DNA of 64,000 nucleotides from Balamuthia mandrillaris (taxonomy: Eukaryota). The position numbers and the translations under genes were made by a program. The number at the start of each line of letters is the position of its first letter. Position 1 is the first letter of the stretch. The DNA lies in NCBI GenBank assembly GCA_031835245.2, contig JAVKOQ020000001.1, forward strand, positions 248,001 to 312,000, in the 5' to 3' direction. Under the pieces are notes generated by a model. It had not been told where the DNA came from. It saw only the letters and a list, made by a program, of their open reading frames with translations, and did no database searches. Below are positions 13,533-26,069 of this stretch, one piece after another.

Positions 13533-14831
13533 TTATCTGGTGGAATTTGGAATGTTCTGTGGAACTACATAGTCAAATACCAGTTTCATTTCACTGAAGC
13601 TGAAAATTCTTTCCCTGGGTAGAGTTTTCGTTTGTACTCGCACCCTGAAGACATCATCATTCTCTCCGCTGAACAAGCTTTGGATGTCATTTACGTAGTT
13701 CGACATGTTCCAAGAGTATTTACCCTTCGCTTCAGACATTGGGAGCTGGACCCAGCTGGAATTACCAGTGGCTCCCACATAAATTTTCCAAGTGAACGGA
13801 CCAACGAAAGAAAAACAATTGATGTGCAGTTGAAGGTCCATAATGCCAGTTGAACGCACATAAGCTGGGAGTTCGAAATTAATGTTGGAATGGTGCGTAA
13901 AACCCGCAGCATTTGGGGTTGACGGAGCCAACGACACCCAATTATTCAAGGTGCCAAAACGATCGCCCACAACAGCTCTGATGCTGTTAGGAAGAACTGT
14001 CACAGATGCAGGGGCGAGTTGGGTATAGCGGACTGGAGAGTCGTAGTTATAGTAGGCGTAGTCTTCTCCATAATCCACGATAGCATGAGACTGGTTAATC
14101 GCTCCATATATATATTCAAACCCTTCGTCAATAACTCCATGACGGAATGTAACCCCTGCAAAGTTACCATCCTGATCCATTTGCACCATGGGTCCACCGC
14201 TGGGCCAGCTGTTGTCTTGAGACATCACATAAGTGAAATCGCCATATGAAAAAATGAAGAATAACACATCTCGATCCGGATTGGCCGTTATCTGCGCATT
14301 AGGTAGAAGAGAATCAAGGAAGATCATCAAACTAGCTCCCCCTTCATCTGTACCATAGTGCGTGTCCCATTCGAGCTCATATTCAACAATTCCCCGAGGC
14401 TTGTAAGTCACGGTAGCCTCATAGCTTGCTCCTCCGTACGAATATGTTACAGTCTCCAGATCAAATTCGATGGAACCAAGGCCTCCTGCGAAGGTGCCTT
14501 CGTATTCAATTCCAGCAAACTGACTCCTATAGATACGAATGAGAGGGCTTGGACCAGTAGAGTCGTCTAAAGTTATCTCCTCGTCTCCTAATTCTAAATG
14601 CAGCTCAACAAAGCCAAAGTTTATGGCACCGGGGTCGGAATCCAACCCGAAGTCTCCAGAGCTGCCTAGAGAAGGAAGAGGCCAGTTTTCGGTTTCCAGT
14701 CGAACAAATCCGATGGCGCTGGTGGAAGGCACCGAGCAACCCACCTCGAACGAGAAGTCATAAATTATCTCAAAAGATAGTACTAGTTGAGACAAAGCCA
14801 GTATTGTGCAGATTATCGCTGCAGTTTTCAT
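13533..14831 (-). CDS. Intronless secreted acidic orphan protein (about 432 aa)
   Basis: Uninterrupted ORF with signal peptide MKTAAIICTILALSQLVLS and a beta-rich composition. Confidence 0.75.
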   Translation of the reverse strand: MKTAAIICTILALSQLVLSFEIIYDFSFEVGCSVPSTSAIGFVRLETENWPLPSLGSSGDFGLDSDPGAINFGFVELHLELGDEEITLDDSTGPSPLIRIYRSQFAGIEYEGTFAGGLGSIEFDLETVTYSYGGASYEATVTYKPRGIVEYELEWDTHYGTDEGGASLMIFLDSLLPNAQITANPDRDVLFFIFSYGDFTYVMSQDNSWPSGGPMVQMDQDGNFAGVTFRHGVIDEGFEYIYGAINQSHAIVDYGEDYAYYNYDSPVRYTQLAPASVTVLPNSIRAVVGDRFGTLNNWVSLAPSTPNAAGFTHHSNINFELPAYVRSTGIMDLQLHINCFSFVGPFTWKIYVGATGNSSWVQLPMSEAKGKYSWNMSNYVNDIQSLFSGENDDVFRVRVQTKTLPRERIFSFSEMKLVFDYVVPQNIPNSTR

Positions 14832-15335
14832 CTTCAGTGTTGTTTGTTGTTTTAAAATGATGTTCAACATGCCACCAACTATTTTCTTTTATAGTGGGCA
14901 ATCGATATGAATAGGAAAGGACCTTCGGTGCGAAAATAGGAAAGACATTGCGAGACATACATATGATGGATGTCCCTCTAAGGAAGATTGATTGATTCGC
15001 AAGGTACATTGATTGCCAAGCCTACGAAGCGATAAGGAAAGGAATTGATAGGAACAGCAAAGCCATTCAGTCATAAAAGACCTAGAAAAGGAGAACTTCT
15101 CCCCAAAGGCGCAAAGCAATTCAATCTCCACCCCAAGCGAAAAAGGTAATTCCCTTGAAGCGAGGAGAGGAGTATAAAACAGTGGAAGAAGCAAACGAGT
15201 GGAAAAAAATAAAGACCAAAGACATGGCGCTGTGTTTTAAAAAAACCAAACCATTCGGGAAGTTGTGAATCACTTTATTCATTAATGCTTTCCAACAGAA
15301 AACTCAGTAAAGAGCGAACGTTATAGATGAGCTAG

Positions 15336-15982
15336 TCACTGAGAAAGGTTGGATTCAGCGAACTTCCAGTTCACTAGGTTCCACCAGGCGTTGATGTAGT
15401 TGGGACGGGCGTTCCTATAGTCGATATAGTAAGCGTGCTCCCACACATCGCAGGTCAAGATAGGGCGCAAGTTATCTGTAAGAGATAGGGTTTGTCCTTT
15501 AGTGTGATTAAACGAACAAAAATAAAGAGACAAAAGGTACCAGTAATAGGATTGCCAGCGTCGTGAGTGCCAATGACCTTGAGCTTGCCCTCAGCGTCTT
15601 GAACGAGCCAGGCCCAGCCAGATCCAAAGTGGCCACCAGCCACGTCGCTGAACTCCTTTTTGAAGGAGTTAAAGTCACCAAAGTTCTTGACGATCGCTTC
15701 AGCGATGGCGCCAGTGGGCTCACCACCTCCCTCAGGGCTCATGGAGTTCCAGTAGAAGGTGTGGTTCCAGATCTGGGCGGCGTTGTTGAACAGGCCACCC
15801 TGAGAGCCCCTGATGAGCTCCTCCAAGGACTTGTCAGCGTTGGGGGTGTCCTTGACGAGGCCGTTGAGCTTGGCCACGTAGCCAGCGTGGTGCTTGCCGT
15901 AGTGGAACTCAAGGGTCTCCTCAGAGATGTGGGGCGCCAAAGCGTCCTTGGGGTAGGGCAATTCGGGGAGAGTGAAAGACAT
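15336..15982 (-). CDS. sodB: Iron superoxide dismutase
   Basis: [45 protein letters not shown], with one intron (15540-15476). AAQ.W is the Fe-type signature. Confidence 0.96.
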
Positions 15983-16192
15983 TGTGGTTTCGCTTCTTTG
16001 TTGGACGGAAGAAAAAGAGCGCTCAACTACAAGTAAAAAAAACGCTCCTCGGTCAAGCCCTTTTTTTCTCCGACTTTTTTCCTTTAAGCCCGATTGGTTA
16101 TATAATTCTCCGAGTTCCCAGTTTTTCCGCGTGAGGGGCCACGAGTTTTCTTGCATGAAATTTCCAGCACTTGCGAACGAGAGTAAAACAAG

Positions 16193-17788
16193 ATGGAACA
16201 ACCAGAGACACGCGAATCGGACGATCTAGGCCAGGCCGTGCCTTTGTCACAGCAATTCGAAGAAGCAAAACGCTTGGCGGAACAAATAGAAGAAGGCGCT
16301 TTTGCTGGAGGGTCTAAGGAAGCGCAAGAAGCCATCAAAAGTGCCACTGAACGATTCAAAAATGTTTATCTCGGCCTCATGCGCCTCAGCATCTTTTCCG
16401 CCAACGAAGAGGCTGACGACATACAGACCGGTCACTTGAAGTACGCTTTCTCTCTTACTGTTATGCTGGAGCGCTAAGATGTGGTTTCGTGGCAAAAAGG
16501 TATTTGCTTACCACGTTTTATTTGGGTCAACTGCACGGCAAGGTGGCAGGAGTGAAAGAACGGCTGGAGAACATACAACGCGCGCTAACTTATTACAAAC
16601 ACTTTTTGAACAACCTTGAGAATTACAACCTCCTCTCCGAAAAGGTTTTTCATTGTTTGTGTTTCAGCTATTTTAAAAAAGCGATTCTCAACGTCTTACA
16701 AAAAAAGGATAAGGAGATATATCGACGGGACAGAGGGCTATCGGCGGAGGCTGCACGAGCGGAAAAGATATACCAAGCCCGCCGCGACAAAGAGCTGAAA
16801 GATAGCCTCAAAGTCTCCCTCTCCCTCTCCCTCTCCCTCTCCCTCTCCCTCTCCCTCCCTCCCTCTCCCTCCTCTCCCTCTCTCCTCCCTCTCCCTCTCC
16901 CCTCCCTCTCCCTCCCCTCTCCCTCTCCCTCTCCCTCTCCCCTCCCCTCCCTCCCTCTCCCTCTCCCTCCTCTCCCTCCCTCTCCTCTCCCTCTCCCTCT
17001 CCCTCTCCCTCTCCCTCTCCCTCTCCTCTCCCTCTCCCTCTCCCTCTCCCTCTCCCTCTCCCTCTCCCTCCCTCTCCCTCTCCCTCTCCCTCTCTCCCTC
17101 TCCCTCTCCCTCTCCCTCTCCCTCTCCCTCTCCCCTTCTCCCTCTCCCTCTCCTCTCCTCTCCCTCTCCCTCTCCCTCCCCCTCCCTCTTTTTATTTGCT
17201 CATTCTCTTGAACACCTTTAGATTTTGGAAGAGAGAAAAAAAGCAGGAATAGAGATAGATGAGGAGGTGGAAAGAGAGTATATGCTGCTCCTTATAGAGC
17301 GATGCGTAAAGAACGCACTGCAAGAAATGAACCTTTTGCAACAAGAGCTGCCGTTGCTGCGGATGATGGCTCAAAGGGAAAAAGACGGCACCGCAGAACT
17401 GGAGAGGCAATCTAGAGATCAACAGCGACGGAGAGAGCAGCGGAGCAACGCTACTGCCAACAACTCGTATGTTCTCACCCTGGACCAACGGGGACAAGTG
17501 CAAGCCGACGTGTTTCGTCCTGGATGGATACAACCAGAGCTCACGGTAGAGCAGGCCGGAGAGATTGAGATGCAGTTGGCCCACAGGCGACAACACGAAC
17601 AACAACAAAGAGAGATGCAAAAGCGGAGGGAGAGGATCATGCGGGATGGAAGACCTGACTCGGACGCTGAGGAAGAGGAAGAAGGGGAAGATGAAGACAG
17701 CGAAGAGGCATTGCAGAAGGCTAGATACTGGGATGACTTTAAGGACAACAACAGGAGAGGCCATGGCAACACCATAAACCAAGGCTGA
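16193..17788 (+). CDS. TAP42: TAP42/alpha4 (IGBP1) PP2A regulator
   Basis: IFSANEEADDIQTGHLKY, RAEKI, VFRPGWIQPELTVEQ and KARYWDDFKDNNRRGHGN are conserved TAP42 motifs; several introns. Confidence 0.92.
16815..17188. repeat. (CCCTCT)n intronic microsatellite
   Basis: Directly visible hexanucleotide repeat inside a TAP42 intron. Confidence 0.95.
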
Positions 17789-17936
17789 AACTGCAAGCTT
17801 TTTGTGGCACTTATTCCTTAAATTAATGAAATCCAAATTATTATGAATTATATAGGAACCTGGCAAACGGAAGGTCGGAAGGCGGAGAGAGAATAAAGTA
17901 CAAACACAAGAAGAATAAAGCACGAGCACAAGAAGG

Positions 17937-19277
17937 ATGGCACTCTTTCGCTTCCGCCAACTCTTCTCCTTTTGCCTCTTTTTCTTTTCTGTGCTTTTAG
18001 TATCGTTGGTCAACGGACAGATAGCCACAATCGAGTCCGACACATTTTATGCCGAATGGAACGACACCTTTCCCTCCTTCCATTTTTATGCTAAAGATCC
18101 CGTTACGGGCTTAGTTCGAAGAGAGGACCACTTTAACTGGGAGTTCCTGGCCTTTCAGGAAAAGTCCTGGTGCACTTGTTGCAGAAAGACGACTTTCGGC
18201 CAGACCGTCATCAACTGCGACGACGTTTTTGGAACCAACACTCCCGTCGAGCTTACTTCAGAGGTGGCTTGGAGAGTTGAGGAGGTTGTTCCTGGAGAGG
18301 TCATTGCGTGGACGGCGGACAAGTTTGTCAACGCCAATAACGCCACTTTGCAGGTCGTGTTTCAGGCCCTTAACTCGAACAGTTCCTTTGTTATGAGGTT
18401 TGTTACCTTACCTTTTCTATTTTTTGCCCCTCTTCATTCTTTCTTTCTTGTCGTTTTCATTCTTTCTTGCCCTCGTGCTTGTTGATTCTTTTGCCTTCCA
18501 TAACCAACATGTGCGCTTTATCCATCAACAAGTAACGGTCAAACGGACAGAATATTAAAGTTTGGAAGTGGAGGATTGAAGTTCACTTTCAACATTACCA
18601 ACTACGAACCAACGTTGTTTGACATCAACGAAGAGCCCGAACGTTACTTTGGCATGAGCTTCTACGTCCGCTTCTCCATGACCCGGCCGATGTACGAGGA
18701 CCCTCTTACTGGAATCGTCTATTTGGACGGCGCACCTCAACCGCATCAGCTTTCAGTCGCCATGCGAACCAGGGACGAACCCTTTCTCACGGTTTCCTCA
18801 ACCCAAGTGCTTATTTCCCTTTCTGTTGCTTTTTCTTTTGCAGTTATTCTTACGTTCTCCCCTTTATAGACCACTTTTTCAGTGAATGACCCGCCAAGCG
18901 TCTCCAAAGAATCCCTTCCCGAAGAAGAGTGGGGCTTCGAGAACGTGGACGGTCTCATGCGAGGCGTCTACATTGTAGACGGACAGATCCTCGGCCAGGT
19001 GGTCGAGTTTCTGATTGCCGGTTCGCGCTCCGTCTTTTACGATCCGGATCTTTCCATCACGTTTACGGGCGGGGAGATGAAAGAAGGCGAAGACGATGAG
19101 AAGGATGACGAATGGGTGATTCCTGTTGCAGTGGGCGTCGTTGGAGGCGTTTTCCTTGTAACTTTGGTGGTCCTTGTGGTTGCTGTGTTCTGGAGAAGAG
19201 TCTCTTTGGGAAAATCCAAGAGGCGAACGCAACTGCTCTCCCAGAAGATGCAAGCACTCAATGGAGAATGTAAATGA
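17937..19277 (+). CDS. Type I single-pass membrane protein, unknown function
   Basis: Signal peptide, 3 exons, C-terminal TM (WVIPVAVGVVGGVFLVTLVVLVVAVFW) and a basic tail. Confidence 0.75.
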
Positions 19278-20886
19278 TTGAGAGAGAGAGAGAGAGAAAT
19301 ACTTTTTATTTTGGAGGAGTGATATTTGTTTACAAATAGAGTGCTTTTCCCTTTCAGCAAGCCGTGTTTCTGAATGCAAACATGTTTTGGGAGGGGCGTT
19401 GGGTTCAGAGCGTTGGGGGAAGCAAGGATGAACTGGTGTAGGCCAAACCACCACCGACAACCAACGCGGCCGCCTCTCCTTGTGTGGCAACAACTCGAAT
19501 GTTGCTTGGCTCGTTGCATGACGGGACCATCCCATTGGCATCCATGCTAGCTTCTGCCAACTGGTTACAACAATAGCAACAGGAGGAAGCGGGAAGCGCA
19601 GCATCATCTAAGTGAGGCGGTGGGAGTGGAAGTCCTTGTAAGTGGTTCTCCACCCACACGTTGTAAGTGCCTGATCGTCATCGATGGCGGGATCCAAAAC
19701 CTCATCGTCGTGACCTCTGCCTCTCAGCTTTTCTCCTCCTCTATTGTCGCTCCTTTCGTTTGGTAGTTGCTTTTGTTTTGTTTTGTTTTGTTTTGGCAAA
19801 CAAAGGAGTTGCAAGCGTTTTTTGATGAGGACAGCCCTTTTGGTCGCCACAGGTTGGTGTAACTAACATAAGGAGGGTCCTCCATGCCAGCTGTGGTGGG
19901 CAACGCCAGTTCGTCGCAACAATAACCAACGGCGCTGGGGCAAAGAGTCACCACGGAGAATGCGCCAACACCCAGCATGCTCCTTCAATTTAAGCAGCGG
20001 ATTGGATGGAGCGCGGTACCCTACAGTAGCAGTTTCGGTCGGCTCGTTAAATGCTGGAGACGAGAGTTGAAAAAAGACGAAGTAGAAGGCGCTTTCATAG
20101 GTCAGAAAAAAACTTTGAAGGTTGCTCGATCTTGTGTAACAACAGGTGGCAGTTTTTGATGATATCTCTTGAGGAGGACTGCAACGCCAGAGAGCACAAC
20201 TTCATTGCGGTGTAAAAAACGAATGACATTACCCAAGAAATGGGCACGTTGGGCGATATTATTCGTTGGAGAATGAGTTCATCACGGTAAACCCTGCAGC
20301 CAGACGTCTAGGAGCACCCACGGCGAGCACACAAAACGAATTGTACGGAAGGAGAGAGATGAGGCGGCACGTAAAAACATACAAGGGGCGCGCTGTCGCT
20401 CAGCGGAGACAGAATTTACAGCGATGCTGGCCACATAACCTGTCGTCCCTTGTTGGCGTCATAGCCACGGCAGCCAAACCAGATCCACCAAATCGAGATT
20501 CATCAAACAACTCTTCTCTCTCCCTCAAACAGATTTACCTCGGGCTGACCGTCGTAGAAACTGCCCTAAAAAGGACGTCAAAGATGGGTAATTTCCTCAA
20601 CGGTGCCGAAAAGAAAGTTGTGGACGAGTTGTACTCGCAAACAAAGCGAGTTGTAGCGGCGTGAAGCAGTGCAAAGCGTTCCGTCAAGTATAGTGATCGA
20701 CGGGGGGACGGGCTGGCAAGGTGTGAATGGAATCTCCGCCAAGCTGGTAGAATGTAGGGTTCTCCTCTCTCTACGAACAAAAAAAAAGTGAAGAGTTATT
20801 ATTTTGGGTTGTTGCGTTCTGTTCAAACGGCTCACAAAATAACACTCCGTTCTCTTGTTCTTGCTGGACAACAACGACGACCGCAG

Positions 20887-23800
20887 ATGAGAGCGCTCTC
20901 CGCGATGCCGCTTTGTTGTTGTTGGAGCCCAAACACGTTGCGATGCCTCGTTGCCGTCGTCTTCTTTGTCTTCTTTGTCTGCACTGCCGCGGAGAGCTTC
21001 AGCAAAAGACACAAAACAGGCGACGTCCAATCCAGGCGACAAGGGCCGAAAGGAGAGGGAGTGGCGCTGCCTGACCTGGGGTCGCTGCCGGACGATGTCT
21101 TTGCACCGCAAGTGAAAGGAGGGCAGTGCGTGCCTCTCGCTTCGATCAACTCCACCGGCTTTGCATTTGACTGCAAGCCCTACATTCCGTACGACCTCAT
21201 TTACGTGAGCGAATACTTTGTGCAGCGTCAAGAGAACCTGCGGTAGGCTAACCTTTCTCTTGCTTGCTCCCGCTTCTCTCCTTCTCTCCTTCTCTCCTTC
21301 TCTCTCCTAATCTCATTCGTGACCATTCCATTCCTGTCTTCCTGGGCAGGGTGCTAGCAACGCCGCTGCCTGCGGAATGCCAACGCGCTATGGCACAGTG
21401 GCTGTGCTTGAATTATTGGAGGTACAAACAGTTTCTCTTCTTTGTCCTTTCTTTTCTCTCTGTTCCATTTTGTTCTTTTACACAAGGGACACCAAAGTTT
21501 CTAACGTTGTAAACTCAAAACCTTGCTCTAAGGCGTTGCGTCAAGATCACTGCCTCGTCGAATAACGAGGACCAACAAGATAATCCTGCCTCTGAAGCGA
21601 TTGTCGAGGACTATGCTCTCGTTGGAGCCTACTCCTGTAGAAACGTTTGCGAGAAAGCCAGAGAACAATGTCATGAGCACAGTGCAAGCAAGTGGCCGGC
21701 TCTCGAGGAGGACTATCTTGACTGTGACGATGTTCACTCGGGTCTTTTTGGAACACCTACGGTGAAGCTCTTCCCGCGACCGTCAGAAAAATATAAGTAT
21801 CCTTTGCAAACTAAGAACGGAGTTAAGTTTAATGCGACCATTCCTTGTTCAGTCGCTCCCCAGCCTCACTTTCTGCGTATGTTTCTTTTTGTTTTTCTCC
21901 TCTGTTTCTTTTCTGTTTTTTTCTTCTCCATTCAGTTTCTTCTCCCTTTCATATTTCTCGTTCTTACTTTCCTTTTCTACCAGCAACATACGAAGGGCCA
22001 CTAGTTTGTCCTCCGTCTCTTAACTACGAATTAGATGGTTGCGTGTTTGGCTGTCCGGAGCCTTTGCTAACGTCGGAGCAATGGGATGGCCTCACCGCCC
22101 TGGTCTCCGTAACAGCTTGGCTTAGCTTTGTCCTCATGGGCTTCCTCTGTCTCTCCTACTTAGTTGATCCACAGAAACGCCGCTTCCCTGCCAACTTGCC
22201 TTTATTCTTTTTCTTGTGTATAATGTTCTTTTCCTTTGGCCTTTGTATATCATGTACCTTCCCTCTTTTTTTCTTGTTTCTGAATTTTTTTTCTTCGTTT
22301 TTTCTTGACGTTTTTTCCTTGCTCTTTGTTATTTTCCAGCAATGGTTGGCTACAGGGAGGTGCTTTGCGAGACCGATGGAGAGGCGGCCTACTGGGGTAA
22401 TGAGACGTGCACCCTGCAAGGCATTCTCATTGTCTACTTCATGTTTGCCGCGATGAGCTGGTGGCTCCTCATTGCCTTCAATCTCTTGGCACATCTCATG
22501 AGCGCGCACACCCAATACGAATTGGGCATAAAGAAAAGAAAGACAGTATTGATGTTAGCCTATCATTGCTTTGCGTGGTTGTTCCCGTTGCTCCCGTTGA
22601 CAATCGCATTGAGTGCTGGGCGCATTGGCTCCAACGGAGCCACTTTGTGGTGTGGCATTCACTCTGCTACGTATGAAACACAAATCAGATTCTTTACTAC
22701 TCCTACTGGTACTTTTTTCTTAGAACATTTTCTCTTTCTTTCCTCTTCTCCTCTTCTCCTCTTCTCCTCTTCTCAAACATTATGAAAGATTTATCTTTTT
22801 GTTATAATGCTTTACAGGAGTGCAACACAACAGCGGCGGAGAGAAGCGATACTGGACTTTCTTTCTCTTTCTCACCCCACTCAGCTTGATGGTGATATTA
22901 GGCATGTCCATGATCGGAGTGGTTATCGGCTACCAGCTTAAACGTCAACGCAAAACCTTTCGCGCCATTTGGAATTACTGCCGCAAGGAATGGCGTATAG
23001 TAGCCTTCCTCGGCCTCTATGTTTGGGTCTGTCTCTTTCTGGCTATTTTTGAGATCAGCTTCTTAAAGGAGAGGACCCATAGAAATGATAACTATCAGGC
23101 TTATATCGACTGCCTTTTGGTGCAACAACAAACGCAGTTGATAGGCAACGATGTCACCCCTATTGTTACTCCTTTAGGGCCGATGAACTCTTCGGAGGGG
23201 ATGTCCTCTCCTTCCTCATTGATTCATGACGATGGACCCTGTGTGCTAGATAGAGTGGTACACCTCTTACTTCGCTCTTCTCTCCATTGCCTGATTCGTT
23301 AAACCAAACACACAAACAACCAACAGACCAACTTTCCGTTATGGGTGATAGCATCCTTCAACTTCGTGGGACACGGCCTCTTTGTCTTTCTCATCTTTGG
23401 CACAACCAAACGCATCTACCAAGTCTGGTGGCGCCTTTGCTCTTGTCGTGCGTTACCTGGCAACACGCTCTCCCAAAGTGGTGATGATGGTGGCAGCAGG
23501 GCCGTCGCTGCTGCTATCGCTGCCTCTACTTTCTCTTTGGAAGACACAATCATAGGGGAGGCATATGAAGGAGAAAGATATAAACCGACAGGGACAATGG
23601 ATGTGTTGTTGGAGGAGATGAAGCCGTCGTCAACGCATCGCAATGACACGGATGTGATTTCTTCGTATGATGGATTCAGTTGCACCTCGGACTCTTCGTC
23701 AAGTTGCTGCTCTTCAAGCGAAGAAGAAGATGAAGAAGATAAAGTGCAACAAGTGCCTATCGTTCAAGCAACGCCTGCGAATGCGCCTCAACCACAACCA

Positions 23801-23908
23801 CTCGGAGAAAATGAGGCGGAAGAACAGGCCATTGAAGAACCTGCGGCAACAGATTACGACAAAGCAACCGAAAATGAAGGCATGGAAGAAAAACCCCCGA
23901 GTAAATAA
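20887..23908 (+). CDS. Frizzled/Smoothened-like GPCR (paralog 1)
   Basis: Signal peptide; CRD-like Cys pattern (CQRAMAQWLCLNYW..C..SCRNVCEKAREQC); linker CVFGCPEP; RRFPANL; CTLQG; WWLLI; YHCFAW; WCGI; ECL3 YIDCL; acidic tail. Confidence 0.88.
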
Positions 23909-24553
23909 ACTAATTTTGATGTTCGCCTTGCCTTGCTTTGCCTTTCAAACGTTTACACGACATTTCCGTTAAACTCTTGTGGGAACCAACCCACCCGCTG
24001 CGTTAGGCAAAAAAACGGAATGGCAAGCGTACAACACCTCAACCTCCATTTTGTTATTGATCACTGCAGCATATGCCGGCCAATGAAAAGCTTCCCGCTG
24101 ACCAAACGCAACTACTTTTCAGAGCCGTCGGCCAGTTTTGGTTTTCAACTTTCCTTTTTGTTGGCCAACTCATTCCTTGGGAGTGGTATCTAAGCGAAAT
24201 TTGAGAGAATGAACTCGCAACAGGTTATCTCTGTTTTTTCCTAATTCTTACGAATGTGAGAAAGTTCCTGTTTATCTGCTGTTGGTTGTTTATCCTCTCA
24301 TTGTTTTTCTTCTACCAAAAGTTGTGATGGCGGTGATGATGCCATACTCGCGGGAGTTATTCCGAAGGACGATGAAAGGTATTCGTTCTTTGTATTTAGA
24401 TATAATGGAATAGTAAAGATAGTAAAACTGCTGGGTTCTGTTGAACCAGATCATCGTTGGTGATGGCCGCTTGATACTTTTCTATTTCGAATAATTATAC
24501 CTAAGAAAAAACTGAGAATCATACCTGAACTACTGCACGGACATCAAGGGTGC

Positions 24554-24646
24554 ATGCAAGCAGCACTAATGAACGAAAACTCAGCCGCCATCACCACCAT
24601 CACATTACAGGTATCACTTACCTTTATCATTTTTATTCTAAGAGGT

Positions 24647-24697
<51 letters not shown>

Positions 24698-25415
24698 TTG
24701 ATGAAAACAAACGAACTCAAATGGGAAAACAAAAAGATTTTCTCTCTGACGGAAGACATGATCTCGCTGTTGCAGTTGGCGCAAGCCAAAACGCTGAGTG
24801 CTTCCCAAGCCCAACAGCTGCAACGTGGCATCACTGTCTTCTGCTCCTTGAACGAAGAGAAAGGTCGTTTGGAACGGGTAAGAAAGAGGGAGCTTTTGTA
24901 TTCATTCAACCTCATGAGAACTAACCTTCTGAAAAAAAAACTAGTTGGATCCAGGCAGAGAGCTGAAACGGGAAGCAGCACCTGCTGCTACCCCTACTTG
25001 TTGGTCTGAAAAGACTTTGCAAGTGGTCCTTCCATCGGATGATCATGATGGCCTCAGTGATGAACAGGCAGAGTGTGGCAGCGGAGAAGAGAACAACAAG
25101 GCAACAAAAAGGAAGAAGCGGAGAAGGAGATCGACCAAATGGCACTTGTGCATCCCTTTGGAGGATGGCTTTCAAGTCGTTCCTTCCATTCCTTGCTCCA
25201 CCGCTTCTTCTTTCTCCTCGTCTCCTTGCGCTGCCTTTTGTTCCCCACAAAGAGTGGGAACACCACCAGAAAGGGAACAAGAAAAGCGCATGGACAACCA
25301 ACTATATCCGCTCAGGAAAATCAGCCGCGACCAAGAAGAAGAAGCGAGAGCGCCTGCGTCTTCTTCAGCAGCCGACCACCCCAAAAGAATGAGCGTTGAG
25401 TTTTTGCTAAACTGA
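24554..25415 (+). CDS. Hypothetical protein (3' exons) with basic patch and C-terminal KRMSVEFLLN
   Basis: Spliceable ORFs 24554-25009 and 24945-25415. The 5' exons are not resolved. Confidence 0.45.
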
Positions 25416-25516
25416 ACGACCGGGAGAGAGAGGCGCGAGTCAGTTTGTACACATTTTACTATACCAAAATAAACTTTTGAACCTGAAAAAAGGCCAGAAC
25501 AGCAAAGCATCTTACG

Positions 25517-25554
25517 GGTTGAGGTTAGTTAGGGTTAGCGGTTAAGGTTAGGGT
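25517..25554 (+). repeat. Degenerate interstitial telomere-like (TTAGGG) repeat
   Basis: GGGTTGAGGTTAGTTAGGGTTAGCGGTTAAGGTTAGGG. Confidence 0.6.
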
Positions 25555-26023
25555 ATCCCTCTTTCGTTTTTTTCTACTTGCGACAGTGCTTTGCCGAGGA
25601 TGGTTATCCCGCCTCCTTCGCGCCAAAAGGCTCTCTCATCATTGCTGACGTAGCTAGCTCCCACCAACACAAACGTGGCAAGAGAAAACCTCCGCCGAGG
25701 TGAAAAATACAAGAAACAACCAGAAAGAATGTGCATGTTCTATTTACTTCTATTTGCTAAGAGTGCTGGAACGGCGTCCTTTCCCTCGCTTTTTTTGCCT
25801 ATTCAAATCTCTCCTCCTCTTGTGCTGGACAATCACTATACAAGCTCTCGTGATCGTCTCCACAGAATAGTTTTGTCGGTGGGAGGCAAAGAAGGTAGGT
25901 GGTTGATGGCTGTAAATTATGACGTCTGTGGTATGGTGGAGGAGTTTGTTCGTCTCTGTAGATGTTTGCTTGCAGAAGAGGTGACACCTTCTCTGTTTTG
26001 GTTTGGTTTTCGTCAATAAAAAG

Positions 26024-26069
<46 letters not shown>

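Noticed and set aside
19300..20700. Short ORFs between the membrane protein and Frizzled-like gene 1
   Set aside because: No motifs and frequent stops; possibly a relic, but unsupported.
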